NCBI GenBank assembly: GCA_963819745.1
Contig: CAWFXG010000039.1
Span: forward strand, 10,920 to 74,919
From: an uncultured Acidobacteriota bacterium
GTDB taxonomy: Bacteria; Acidobacteriota; Terriglobia; Acidiferrales; UBA7541
Length of the DNA stretch: 64,000 nucleotides
Direction: 5' to 3'
Position 1 is the first letter of the stretch, and each line of letters starts with the position of its first letter. Below, one piece after another: positions 18,063 to 29,187 of the stretch. The translations under genes and the position numbers were made by a program. Under the pieces are notes generated by a model. That model saw nothing but the letters and a program-made list of their open reading frames with translations, was not told the origin of the DNA and did not search any database.

Positions 18063-18725
18063 TTAGCCGACGATGACCACCAGCAGGCGGAATCCCGGAT
18101 GCACGGGATCGATCAGATAGTATTGGCCGTCGATGTCATCCACGTAGACGTCGTCGTCATAGCTCCAATCACTGGGCCAGGGATCGGAATATTGGAAATA
18201 GTAGTTGCTGTAACGGAAGCGGCGGTCGTCTTCGCGGCGAACGTGGAAATGATGTTCGCGGCCGAAGTGAGCGTGGAAGTCATCTTCGCGAATGCGGCGG
18301 ACGTTGCGCTGGTCGCGATCGTGGTCGTTATGCTGGGGCTGTTGAGCGCGAGCCTGCTGGTCGTTGTGTTCGCGCTGGTGGTCGGCCTGCTTGGCTTGTT
18401 GCTGCTGTTCTTTCTGTTGTTGCTTCTGGGCGTTTTTTTGCGCTTCGCTTTGCGATTTTTCGCTGTGCTTTTCGGCGTCCCTGGCATGCTTGTCTTCCGA
18501 TTGTTTTTGGCGGTCGGCCTGCTCCTGGCGGGCCTTTTCCTGAGACCGATCCTGAGCCGGGGGTTTCTCCTGCTTCTCCGGTTTTTCCTGCTTGGGTGCG
18601 GGCTTGGGGTGCTCTTCTTTTTTCGGCTCTTCCTGGCGGGGTTTGTCCTTGTCTGGCTCCTGAGACGGAAAAGCGGGAGCGGAAGCGAGGAGGGCCAACG
18701 ACGCGGTGGCAATCAGCAGTTTCAT
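18063..18725 (-). CDS. Secreted protein with Q/E/K low-complexity region and His/Tyr/Asp-rich C-terminal domain
   Basis: Signal peptide MKLLIATASLALLASAPA; RBS AGGAG; HFGREHHFH..PWPSDWSYDDDVYVD. Confidence 0.75.
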   Translation of the reverse strand: MKLLIATASLALLASAPAFPSQEPDKDKPRQEEPKKEEHPKPAPKQEKPEKQEKPPAQDRSQEKARQEQADRQKQSEDKHARDAEKHSEKSQSEAQKNAQKQQQKEQQQQAKQADHQREHNDQQARAQQPQHNDHDRDQRNVRRIREDDFHAHFGREHHFHVRREDDRRFRYSNYYFQYSDPWPSDWSYDDDVYVDDIDGQYYLIDPVHPGFRLLVVIVG

Positions 18726-19287
18726 GTTTATCTCCTGAGGGCCGGCCACGCGAGGGGACAGACTCACGAAGCCGGTGCAGATTGGATGCTCGAACGCACC
18801 GGAATTCCTCGGTGTGAGGGGTGCTGTACCCGTAAGGAGCGGTAAAGGAGTCCATAAAGACGATAGAAATTTCAAGGGAATACAGGGAACAGGGTAAGCG
18901 GGGGGAAGATAAGGTACGGTATTTTCCTTGTCGAGTTCATCCCCGGGCAGCACCTCAAAAACGAAACAGTGCGCTTTTCGAGCAAGAAGGGTGTCCGGCC
19001 AAAGCGAAATCGACGAAATAGCAGAACCGCAGCCACTCCGAGGAAAGGCTTGCGAAAACCGGGAGGTCTGGACTAGGCTATGGGTCCGCCCATTGTGACA
19101 GTTGATGCGGTAACCCCCCGGGAAAGTGTCGATGAGCGGCAGCTGTCTAAAGGCAGGGGTCTCTTCGTGGAGCGACTGTGGTGCGAAGCGGAGAGAGTTA
19201 GTGGCGGGGTGAAGTGCGCCGGCAGTGGAGTTAACGAGAGCAACCGAAGCTGCAGCGGGGTTTCGAGATAGAGCATGGAGGATTACG

Positions 19288-20940
19288 ATGCGTAAGTGGT
19301 GTGCGATAGTGGCGATGAGTGGGTTTCTGGCGCTTCCTTTATGGGCGCAGGAAAACACCAAGAGCGATGGCGCTAAGACGAGTGACGAAGCCGCCGCGCC
19401 GGTTGCAAAGAGCGATACGGACGCCGGAATAGCTCCGGTGAGCCGGAGCTTGTTTCCCATGCCGGCTGCACCAAAGGCGAAGCCGACACCCTTTCCGGCA
19501 GCCGCTGACGATTCCAACGCGCCGGGACGTCTGTGGAACAAGTATGAGTTGGCGGGAATGTACAGCTATGTAAATTTCAATCCGGGATCGCCGTTCGATT
19601 CCTGGAGCAACCACGGGGCCACCGGCTCGTTCGCGTACAACGCAACGCGCTGGCTGGGCTTGACCGCGGAGGTCGGAGGCTACAACTTCTCGCGTGAAGC
19701 CGGGAGCAAGATCAATGGCACGTGGTCGACGTATTTGTTCGGACCACGGTTGAACCTGCGTCGCGACCACTTTATTCCCTTCGCGGAATTCCTGATCGGC
19801 GCATCGCGGTCCGGGCTGGAGATCACCGGGAACCCCGACACGCAGAGCGCGTTCGCGATGGCGGCGGGCGGCGGCGTGGACGTGGTGCTGTGGAAGAACC
19901 TGGCATGGCGGTTCGCGCAGATCGACTACCTGATGACGAATTTCTCGGGATCGCTGCTGGGCTCGAATGCACGGCAGAACAATTTGCGGTTGGGCACCGG
20001 CATAGTGTTCCGGTGGGGATTCCCGCCGCCACCTCCGCCGGCGCCGAAGGGCCCGCCGGTTGCGGCGTGCTCGGCTAGCCCGACGTCGGTATTCGCGGGA
20101 TCGAACGATCCGGTTGCGGTACACGTGAACGCGAGCAGCCCGGAGAATTTGCCGCTGACGTACAGCTACACGGCAACCGGCGGAGCGGTGGAAGGCACTG
20201 GGCCGGATGCGCGCTGGAATTCGTCCGGCGTCGCGGTGGGCAGCTACACGGTGAACGCCAAGGTAGATGACGGCAAGGGCGGAACGGCAACTTGCGCCAC
20301 GGACATTCGCGTGGAAGAGAAGCCGCACCACCCGCCGACGATCTCGTGCGCGGCGAACCCGACGCAAATTCAGCCAGGCGAGCGGTCGACGATCACGTCG
20401 ACGGCGAGCAGCCCGGATAATCTGGCGCTGACGTACGATTACTCGGCGTCCGGCGGGCAGATCAGCGGCACCGATGCTACCGCGCAGTTCGACTCGACCG
20501 GCCTGCAGCCTGGCAACTACACGGTAAAGTGCGGTGTAACCGATGCCAACGGCGACAAGGCCAGCGGCCAGACCAGCGTCGATGTGCAACAGCCGCCGCC
20601 ACCTCCGCAAGCAAGTAAGGTTGGGGAGTGCGGTTACACCAAGCCGGGCGTGGCACGGTTCGACAACCTGTGCAAGCGGGTGGGCGACGACGTGGCGCTG
20701 CGGCTGAAGAGCGAGCCGAACGCCAAGCTGGTAATCGTGGGCTACGCCGATCCTCACGAGCCGAGGGCCGCGAAGCTGGCGGCGTCTCGCGCCGACCTGG
20801 CCAAGGCGTACCTGGGAGAAAAGGGCATCGACGCTTCGCGAATCAGCACGCGAACGGGCGAAGCCTCGAAGGAGAAGGGCGCGGAGAAGGAAAATCGCCG
20901 CGTCGAATTCATCTTCGTGCCGGAAGGCGCCACGTACTAA
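19288..20940 (+). CDS. Outer-membrane beta-barrel + two Ig/PKD-like domains + OmpA C-terminal domain
   Basis: Signal peptide; barrel ending GIVFRW; poly-Pro linkers; IVGYAD..LAASRA..AYL..GIDASRI..NRRVE. Confidence 0.88.
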   Translation: MRKWCAIVAMSGFLALPLWAQENTKSDGAKTSDEAAAPVAKSDTDAGIAPVSRSLFPMPAAPKAKPTPFPAAADDSNAPGRLWNKYELAGMYSYVNFNPGSPFDSWSNHGATGSFAYNATRWLGLTAEVGGYNFSREAGSKINGTWSTYLFGPRLNLRRDHFIPFAEFLIGASRSGLEITGNPDTQSAFAMAAGGGVDVVLWKNLAWRFAQIDYLMTNFSGSLLGSNARQNNLRLGTGIVFRWGFPPPPPPAPKGPPVAACSASPTSVFAGSNDPVAVHVNASSPENLPLTYSYTATGGAVEGTGPDARWNSSGVAVGSYTVNAKVDDGKGGTATCATDIRVEEKPHHPPTISCAANPTQIQPGERSTITSTASSPDNLALTYDYSASGGQISGTDATAQFDSTGLQPGNYTVKCGVTDANGDKASGQTSVDVQQPPPPPQASKVGECGYTKPGVARFDNLCKRVGDDVALRLKSEPNAKLVIVGYADPHEPRAAKLAASRADLAKAYLGEKGIDASRISTRTGEASKEKGAEKENRRVEFIFVPEGATY

Positions 20941-20987
20941 CCCTAGATAGGTAAGACACCGGCGAACGGGCCGGAAACCAAAACGGA

Positions 20988-21033
20988 ACATCGGGCTCTT
21001 CGAGATGGACTTCGAAGAGCCCGATGTGTTTTT
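20988..21033 (+). terminator. Intrinsic terminator after the OmpA-like gene
   Basis: 16-bp stem ACATCGGGCTCTTCGA/TCGAAGAGCCCGATGT followed by GTTTTT. Confidence 0.8.
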
Positions 21034-21385
21034 GGCTAGGTTAATGCTAGGAGGAAGGGAGGAAGAGGTAAAGGGTGGGCAGGCGGACCGAAACGGGAAA
21101 AAAGAGGACAGAAGGTGCCAGGCTGGAAACGGAGTTGGTCCTGGGTGGGCGGCGGGAAGGCTGGGGCGGCCGGAAGTGGATGAGGTGGAGAGTACAAGAA
21201 CGGAATAGTGTTGCCCTTCCAGATTAGTATGTGATAGGTAATATTAATAGTTACTAACCACAGAGGGTTTTCGTGAAGTGGCGCGGCTTAGGGCGAGGAA
21301 TGCCCCTGGGGAAGCCTTGCCGGAAAGCATGGTGAAAGATGGCCACGTGGCGGAACGGGCGCCGATTGCGCGGGAGGCGACGTCC

Positions 21386-22734
<1,349 letters not shown>

Positions 22735-22856
22735 CCGCGTCCTATTGCGCGACGCGAAGGCAGCTCTTTCGGGCTGGCGCGCCCTTTCCAATCGATAGCC
22801 GTCCCTGTTAGGCTTACGCCCTGGCGCGCCCGCCCCCGCAGCTGGCGCCTACTCCC

Positions 22857-24530
22857 ATGAGCGAGACTTCGGCTCGGCGAAAACCCCAAGACCTGTTTCC
22901 GGAGCTGCTGCAAGGCCTCCGCCAGCTGGAAGGCCGCTTCCCGATCAATGAGGTAGCCGCGCGCATCGTGAGCGCGGTGATGGCGCAGCCGGAAATCGCC
23001 GGCGCACGGCTGTGGCGCATCGACCGCGGCATCGCGGAAGTGTGGGCGGAAGCGGGAAAACTGCCGGAAGCGCGGGCGGCGGCAGCGGAGGCGGAAAAAT
23101 CAGCGGCGGCTGACCCGGCAATCTGGACCGGACCGCTGGGAAGCGATGATTTTCGGGTACGGGTGCTGGAAGCACGCGGCAAGGGGCCGTTGAGTGAATT
23201 CGTGCGCGCGGAACTCGACCTGCTGGCGCGGTACGCCGCGGTGGTGCTGGCGCTGGCCGAACGGCGCGGCGCGATGGAGGAATTGTCCAGCATCGTGGAG
23301 GCCACCAAGCGGCTGAACTCGACGCTGGATCTGGGCGAACTGATCCACATCATTCTTCAGATAGCCACCCGGCAGACGGGAGCAACGCGCGGGACGGTGT
23401 TCCTGTATAACCCGGAACGCGACGAAATCTGGTCGCTGGTCGGACTGGGATTGGAAGAGCACGTGATCCGGCTGCCGGCGGAGCGCGGAATTGCCGGTTG
23501 GGTGGCCCGCAACGGCCACGCGGTGCGGCTGGAGAACGCGTATGAAGATCCGCGATTCGAGCCGGACGTCGATCGCATGCTGGGTTTTACGACGCGGCGG
23601 CTGATGAGCCTGCCGATTCGCAACGACGCGGGGGTAATCATCGGCGTGCTGCAACTGCTGAACAAAGCGGAGGCGTTTACCGCGGAGGATGAAGCGTTTC
23701 TGGACGCGCTGTCTTCGCACGTGGCGCTGGCGCTGGAAAAAGCGCAACTGCACCGCGAACGCATCGAGAAAGAGAAGATGGAGCGCGACCTGGCGCTGGC
23801 CCGCGAGATCCAGGCGGGATTCCTTCCCGAAACGCCGCCGGTCTGGAAAGGCGTGGAGATTTGCGTTTCGCATCGCGCGTCGCAACTGGTAGGGGGGGAC
23901 TACTACGACTTTCTTCCGGTCACCGCCGCGGGAAAGGATGCGTTGCTGCTGGTGGTGGCCGACGTGGAAGGAAAAGGCGCGGCGTCCGCGCTGGTGATGG
24001 CCAACGTACAAGCGACACTGCATGCCTTGGCAGATCATGCCGAACCGCTGGAAGCTTTGCCGTCGACCATCAACCAAAAGATACTGGCCGGCACGCGAGC
24101 CTCGGGAAACTACGGCCGCACGACCAAATACCTGACGATGTTCTTCGCGCTGGTGGAGAATGACGGGCGGCAGTTGCGCTACGTGAATGCGGGGCACGTG
24201 CCGCCGGCGGTGATCCGCGCGGACGGAACCCACGAATGGCTGCAAGAAGGCGGCATGGTGGTGGGACTGTTGCCGGATGTGAGTTACCAGAGCGGAACCG
24301 TGGCGCTGAAGCCGGGCGATCTGCTGGTGGCTTGCACGGACGGAATTACGGAAGCGATGGATGCGCAAGGAAACGAATACGGGAAGCCGCAGCTGGCGGA
24401 GTCCGTGCGCAGGTGCCGGGAGAAAAGTCCCGCGGAGATTTTGGCGACGATTATCGAAGAGGTGGAAACGCATTCGCGTGACGGCATCCATGAGGACGAC
24501 CGAGTTCTGCTGATACTGAAAGTGACCTAG
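22857..24530 (+). CDS. GAF-domain PP2C/SpoIIE (RsbU-like) phosphatase
   Basis: GAF (GIAGWVA..G, LQLLNK); VGGDYYD, ADVEGKG, NAGH, TDGITEA and DD motifs. Confidence 0.9.
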   Translation: MSETSARRKPQDLFPELLQGLRQLEGRFPINEVAARIVSAVMAQPEIAGARLWRIDRGIAEVWAEAGKLPEARAAAAEAEKSAAADPAIWTGPLGSDDFRVRVLEARGKGPLSEFVRAELDLLARYAAVVLALAERRGAMEELSSIVEATKRLNSTLDLGELIHIILQIATRQTGATRGTVFLYNPERDEIWSLVGLGLEEHVIRLPAERGIAGWVARNGHAVRLENAYEDPRFEPDVDRMLGFTTRRLMSLPIRNDAGVIIGVLQLLNKAEAFTAEDEAFLDALSSHVALALEKAQLHRERIEKEKMERDLALAREIQAGFLPETPPVWKGVEICVSHRASQLVGGDYYDFLPVTAAGKDALLLVVADVEGKGAASALVMANVQATLHALADHAEPLEALPSTINQKILAGTRASGNYGRTTKYLTMFFALVENDGRQLRYVNAGHVPPAVIRADGTHEWLQEGGMVVGLLPDVSYQSGTVALKPGDLLVACTDGITEAMDAQGNEYGKPQLAESVRRCREKSPAEILATIIEEVETHSRDGIHEDDRVLLILKVT

Positions 24531-24543
24531 CGAATTGCCGGCA

Positions 24544-25749
24544 TCACGTGGAGAAGAGGACCGATTCGCGCTGGAACATCTTGACGGCCAGGTATAGGGC
24601 GACTCTCGCATACACCGAAGTAGAAAAGAAAATGATCAAGATGAAGTTCCAGTGGTAGGTTCCGGCGACCATTTCCTTGCACAGCAGGCTGACGTTCAGG
24701 ATGGGCACGAGGGCCAGCCGCGAATTCAGTTCTATTCCGGGCAAAACCGCGGCGATCGCCGGAATAATTACGAGGAATGTCAGCGGGGTCAGATAGGACT
24801 GCGCTTCCTTGATGGTTTTGGCGAACACCGAAATGGTGATGAGCACCGCGGAGAACAGCACCGCCACCGGAATGGCCATGACGAAAATCGCAAAAATGGT
24901 TTGCGGATGCATGTTCATCACCGGCAGGTTCTTGCCGGCGCCACCGGAAGGGGCGAGCCGCGACAGTAGGGCGAAAGAAGCGCCCATGGAGATCACCGAG
25001 AGGGTGGCGGTGGCCAGCGAAGCGGTAAGAACCACGAGAAATTTGCCGAAGACCAGATGGCTGCGTGCAATGGGGCTGGACAAGATCCTCTCCATGGTTC
25101 CGCGCTCTTTTTCTCCGGCGGTAAGGTCGGTGGCGGGATAGATGGCGCCGGTCATGCACATGAGGATGACCAGATAGACGATGAAACCGCCGTAGGATTC
25201 GGCAGCTACTTTGTCTTCGGCGACGACGTTTTGTTGTTTGACGGTGAAGGCCTTCATCAGATTTTCCGAAAGATTGCGGGAGGCGAGCCGTTTGCGCACG
25301 GTGATGTCGCGATATTCGGTGAAGAATTTTTCGATTCGGGTGGCCCCAAAAGCGGATTTGATGTCGCCCGTAAAGACATAGACCTTCACTTCCGGATATT
25401 CGCCGTTTTCCACGGCCGATTGAAAGCCGGCGGGAAGATCCACGGCGGCGCGAATCTTCTTGTTGGAAATCTGATCCACGTAATCCGCGGAAGAAGGAAG
25501 CACGCGCAGATTCGGCACTGCTTTCAATCCGGCGACAACACCGGGGGAATCCTGGCCGCCAAGAACCATGATTTTGGAGGGCTCGCGGCCGGCGGCGCCA
25601 ATCAACTCGGTGGCCACGAACCCCAGGCCGACGGTGAGCACCGGAAAAACCAGCAGGGGAATGAGGATGGAGGAGAGGAGGGTGCGGCGGTCGCGCAGGG
25701 CCTCGGTCAGCTCTTTTCGATAAACGATAAAGACATTGCGAAGGGACAT
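24544..25749 (-). CDS. natB: NatB-like ABC-2 permease
   Basis: YRKEL.EALRDRRTL, DLTAGEKERGTME and AKTIKEAQSY motifs. Confidence 0.85.
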   Translation of the reverse strand: MSLRNVFIVYRKELTEALRDRRTLLSSILIPLLVFPVLTVGLGFVATELIGAAGREPSKIMVLGGQDSPGVVAGLKAVPNLRVLPSSADYVDQISNKKIRAAVDLPAGFQSAVENGEYPEVKVYVFTGDIKSAFGATRIEKFFTEYRDITVRKRLASRNLSENLMKAFTVKQQNVVAEDKVAAESYGGFIVYLVILMCMTGAIYPATDLTAGEKERGTMERILSSPIARSHLVFGKFLVVLTASLATATLSVISMGASFALLSRLAPSGGAGKNLPVMNMHPQTIFAIFVMAIPVAVLFSAVLITISVFAKTIKEAQSYLTPLTFLVIIPAIAAVLPGIELNSRLALVPILNVSLLCKEMVAGTYHWNFILIIFFSTSVYARVALYLAVKMFQRESVLFST

Positions 25750-25751
25750 CG

Positions 25752-26507
25752 TCACGCACGCTCCGAGGGGACATACGAGGGCGCAATGACCTTGATGAAG
25801 AGTTCCTCGAGGTCGTGTTCCCGGTATTTGTCGCGGAGTTCGGCCAGCGTGCCTTCCGCGAGCAGCCTGCCGCCCTGAATGATGCCTACCGTGTCGCAGA
25901 GCTTTTCCACTTCGCTCATGATGTGGGTGGAGAGAATGACGGTCTTGCCGGCGTCCCGGCATTCGCGGATGAAAGTGGTGATGGTGCGGGCGGACATGAT
26001 GTCCAGGCCGTGGGTAGGCTCGTCGAAGATCATCACCGGAGGATCGTGAACGAGGGTGCGGGCGATGGAAGTTTTCTGCTTCATACCGGTGGAGAGCTTG
26101 TCGCAGCGGCGATCGCGGAAGGAGTTCATATCCAGACGGCCGAAGATTTTGTCGATACGCGCGAGCAGCAGGGATTCTTCGAGCCCATTGAGGCGGCCGA
26201 AGTATTGAACGAGCTCGAGAGCCGTGAGGCGAGGGTAAAGCGCGGTCGCGGTGGAAAGAAATCCGACGGCGCCGCGAACTTTTTGAGGTTCGTCGATGAC
26301 GTCATATCCGGCGACGAGCGCGGTGCCGCCGGTAGGTTCCAGAATCGTTGCGAGCATCCGCAAGGTGGTGGTCTTGCCCGCGCCGTTGGCGCCGAGCAGC
26401 CCATAAATTTGCCCAGGCCGGCAGCGGAAGGAAACCCCGTCCACGGCGCGAATCTCGCGGCCGTTCTTGTCGCGAAACGATTTGGACAGGTTCAAGACGT
26501 CGATCAT
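25752..26507 (-). CDS. natA: NatA-like ABC transporter ATP-binding protein
   Basis: GANGAGKT, LSTGMKQK, FDEPT and STH motifs. Confidence 0.88.
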   Translation of the reverse strand: MIDVLNLSKSFRDKNGREIRAVDGVSFRCRPGQIYGLLGANGAGKTTTLRMLATILEPTGGTALVAGYDVIDEPQKVRGAVGFLSTATALYPRLTALELVQYFGRLNGLEESLLLARIDKIFGRLDMNSFRDRRCDKLSTGMKQKTSIARTLVHDPPVMIFDEPTHGLDIMSARTITTFIRECRDAGKTVILSTHIMSEVEKLCDTVGIIQGGRLLAEGTLAELRDKYREHDLEELFIKVIAPSYVPSERA

Positions 26508-26843
26508 CGGAGTCCCGGAGTGCGCCAAGCTCTCGCTTCGCGGATGTGGCCGAGCGTTGCGCAGAGGCATCCTACTGGAAGTGCGCGCCGGTGTGCCACG
26601 CAAACCTCGGCGATATTCTGCTAGTCGGCCAACCGCGGCATCCCCGGCAGCGAATGGCGCATCCACCTCCGAAGGAACCCGCAACGGGGCTAGGGAAAGC
26701 CGTGGGCCTGTTGCTACAATCTATCGTTCTCACGCCCATTGGACGGCGGGCCGGCAAGCCGAGCAGCACAATTTTTCGACGAGCGGGAGAACGCTCAAGC
26801 GCACTGGCGCGTGCGGAAAGGAGCCTGCGGAAACGCGAGGAAC

Positions 26844-28127
26844 ATGGACCGGCGATTGCGAAACCGCATCGTGATCTTCCTGGTGGCCGCGGCTCTGCTG
26901 GCGGTGGTGCTGGTGCGCTTGAGCGGGCGCCAACCGGTGACGAAGATTTCCGTGGTGAGCCCGGTGCGTGAAAACGTGGTGGCGTCGGTGGACAGCAACG
27001 GAAAAGTCGAGCCGATCTCTCCATTTGTGATGCGGGCGCAACTCGACACGTTCATTGAAAAAATCAGCGTCACGGAAGGCCAGACGGTTCGCAAAGGCCA
27101 GTTGTTGCTGGAGCTGAACGTACGGGACGCCACCGCGCAGCTCGCCGATGCGCGCTCGAAATTATTGCGCGCCGAAGATGATTTGCGCGCGGCAAAATCC
27201 GGCGGACGGCCGGATGAAGCCGCACGGAACGCCGGAGCGCTGGCGTCCGCGGTGGCCCAGCGGGACCGGCTGCAGCGGAATCATGACGCGTTGGTTCGAT
27301 TGATCGCACAGCAGGCGGCCACCAAAGACGAGCTGGCTTCCAACGATCTGGAGCTGACCAAAGCCGAGTCCGAAGTCACGCGCCTGACCGCGGTGCAGCA
27401 GGAATTCGATCGCGGGGTCAAACTGGACGCCAACCGTTCCGTGCTGCAGGTGGAACAGTTGCACAGCGAAACCGCCGCGCTGGAGGAAAAAGTCCGCGAC
27501 GGACGCATTACCGCTCCCGCCGACGGTACCCTGTATTCGCTTCCGGTCCGTGCCGGAGATTTCGTGAAGACCGGCGAACTGCTCGCGGAAATGGCCGACC
27601 TCCGCAAAGTGCGCGTGCGCGCGTTCATCGACGAGCCGGAACTTGGCGCGCTACAGCCCAGGCAGCCGGTCAGAATCACCTGGGACGCGCTGCCGGATCG
27701 CAGTTGGGCCGGGAAAACCGAAGTGATTCCCAAACAAGTGGTGCCGCGCGGAGCCCGCAGCGTCGGCGAGCTGCTGTGCAACGTGGACAACGACAAGCGG
27801 GAACTGCTGCCCAACACCAACGTCAACGTGCGCGTACATACCGGAGAACGGACCAATGTGTTGACGGTGCCGCGCGGCACCGTGGAAAATTCCGCGGGAC
27901 ACACCTTCGTCTACGCGGTGCGCCGCAACGATCTCGGCAAGACCACCCTGGAGCGCCACGAAATTCAGGTGGGCATCGCCGACGCCGCCAACTACGAAGT
28001 CACCGGAGGCCTGCAAGGCAGTGAAGTCATCGCGTTGCCCGGCGATGCGGAGCTTCGCGACGGGATGGCGGTAAAAGTGGTGAATACCGACGCGCACAGC
28101 GTGCAGGGCCGCTCGGATGCCCACTAG
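26844..28127 (+). CDS. Efflux periplasmic adaptor (MacA/HlyD-like)
   Basis: N-terminal TM; lipoyl halves V.EGQ.V.KGQLL and ITAPADG; coiled coil; IDEPE. Confidence 0.88.
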   Translation: MDRRLRNRIVIFLVAAALLAVVLVRLSGRQPVTKISVVSPVRENVVASVDSNGKVEPISPFVMRAQLDTFIEKISVTEGQTVRKGQLLLELNVRDATAQLADARSKLLRAEDDLRAAKSGGRPDEAARNAGALASAVAQRDRLQRNHDALVRLIAQQAATKDELASNDLELTKAESEVTRLTAVQQEFDRGVKLDANRSVLQVEQLHSETAALEEKVRDGRITAPADGTLYSLPVRAGDFVKTGELLAEMADLRKVRVRAFIDEPELGALQPRQPVRITWDALPDRSWAGKTEVIPKQVVPRGARSVGELLCNVDNDKRELLPNTNVNVRVHTGERTNVLTVPRGTVENSAGHTFVYAVRRNDLGKTTLERHEIQVGIADAANYEVTGGLQGSEVIALPGDAELRDGMAVKVVNTDAHSVQGRSDAH

Positions 28128-29115
28128 AGCCGTTCGGAGAGCGGGGAGGTTGTTTGTCGCGGCGTGGCTCAGCGCGCTTCCGCTGCTTTGCGCCAGCCAA
28201 GACGGTCCGCTTTCCGCGGGCCGGCGTGCATACGAGGCCAGCGATTACCCAAAAGCGGCGCAGGAACTGCGGAGCGCATTAGCGGCCGATCCGCAGGACG
28301 CGGAATCCCAACTGTTGCTGGCCAAAACGTATTCCGAGATGCAACAGCATGACGCCGCGGTGGCGGCCGCGGAAAAAGCCGTGGAGCTGCAGCCGCAGAA
28401 CTCGAAATTTCACGAATTTCTAGGTCACGCATACGGCGAAAAGGCGTCGCACTCAGGCTGGTTCACCGCGCTCTCTTTCGCCAAGAAGACACGCAGGGAA
28501 TTCGAGCGCGCGGTGGAACTCGATCCCCGGAATATGCCGGCGCGCCAGGCGCTGGTGGAGTATGACTGCAGCGCACCACCCATCGCCAACGGCGGGGAGG
28601 AGAAAGCGCGGCCGAACATCGCGAAGCTCGCGGAGTTGGACGCGTCGGAAGGGCACTATGCCGCGGGCAACTGCCGCCGCCAGAAGAAGGATTTCGCCGC
28701 GGCCGACGCGGAATTCACGAAAGCGCTGGAGAGCCATCCACAATCCGCCGACCTGATTTATGACATCGGTGACTACGCCGTGAAACACAGCCAGGCGGAA
28801 CGGCTGCTGGAGGTTGCGGATGCGGGGCAGCATGCCGCACCATCGGATCCGCGCGGGGATTTTTACCGCGGCGTCGCGCTGGTGCTGAAAAAAGGCGATG
28901 CAGCCGAAACCGAAAAGCTATTTCGCGATTATCTGCAGCGGGCTCCGGTGCGCAGCAATTACCCGCGACCCGCGGATGTCCACGAGTGGCTGGGGCGCCT
29001 TTTCGAGCAGGTCAACAAACCGAAACAGGCGATAGAAGAATACGAAGCCACGTTGCGGTTGGAACCGAAGAATAAGAACGCTCGCGAAGCGTTGAAGAGA
29101 TTGCAAAAAGGTTGA
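28117..29115 (+). CDS. Secreted TPR protein
   Basis: Signal/lipoprotein-like N-terminus; repeated A..A.ELDP TPR motifs. Confidence 0.85.
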   Translation: MPTRAVRRAGRLFVAAWLSALPLLCASQDGPLSAGRRAYEASDYPKAAQELRSALAADPQDAESQLLLAKTYSEMQQHDAAVAAAEKAVELQPQNSKFHEFLGHAYGEKASHSGWFTALSFAKKTRREFERAVELDPRNMPARQALVEYDCSAPPIANGGEEKARPNIAKLAELDASEGHYAAGNCRRQKKDFAAADAEFTKALESHPQSADLIYDIGDYAVKHSQAERLLEVADAGQHAAPSDPRGDFYRGVALVLKKGDAAETEKLFRDYLQRAPVRSNYPRPADVHEWLGRLFEQVNKPKQAIEEYEATLRLEPKNKNAREALKRLQKG

Positions 29116-29187
29116 ACGCGAGGGTTCGGAGCAAGCCGTACTCGAAACGATGAACCTGTCAACTCCAGTATCGCAGGCCAGGAAGCG

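Noticed and set aside
18726-19541. N-terminal extension of the 492-aa ORF 18063..19541
   Set aside because: The real start is at 18725 (RBS plus signal peptide); the extension overlaps the OmpA-like gene antisense.
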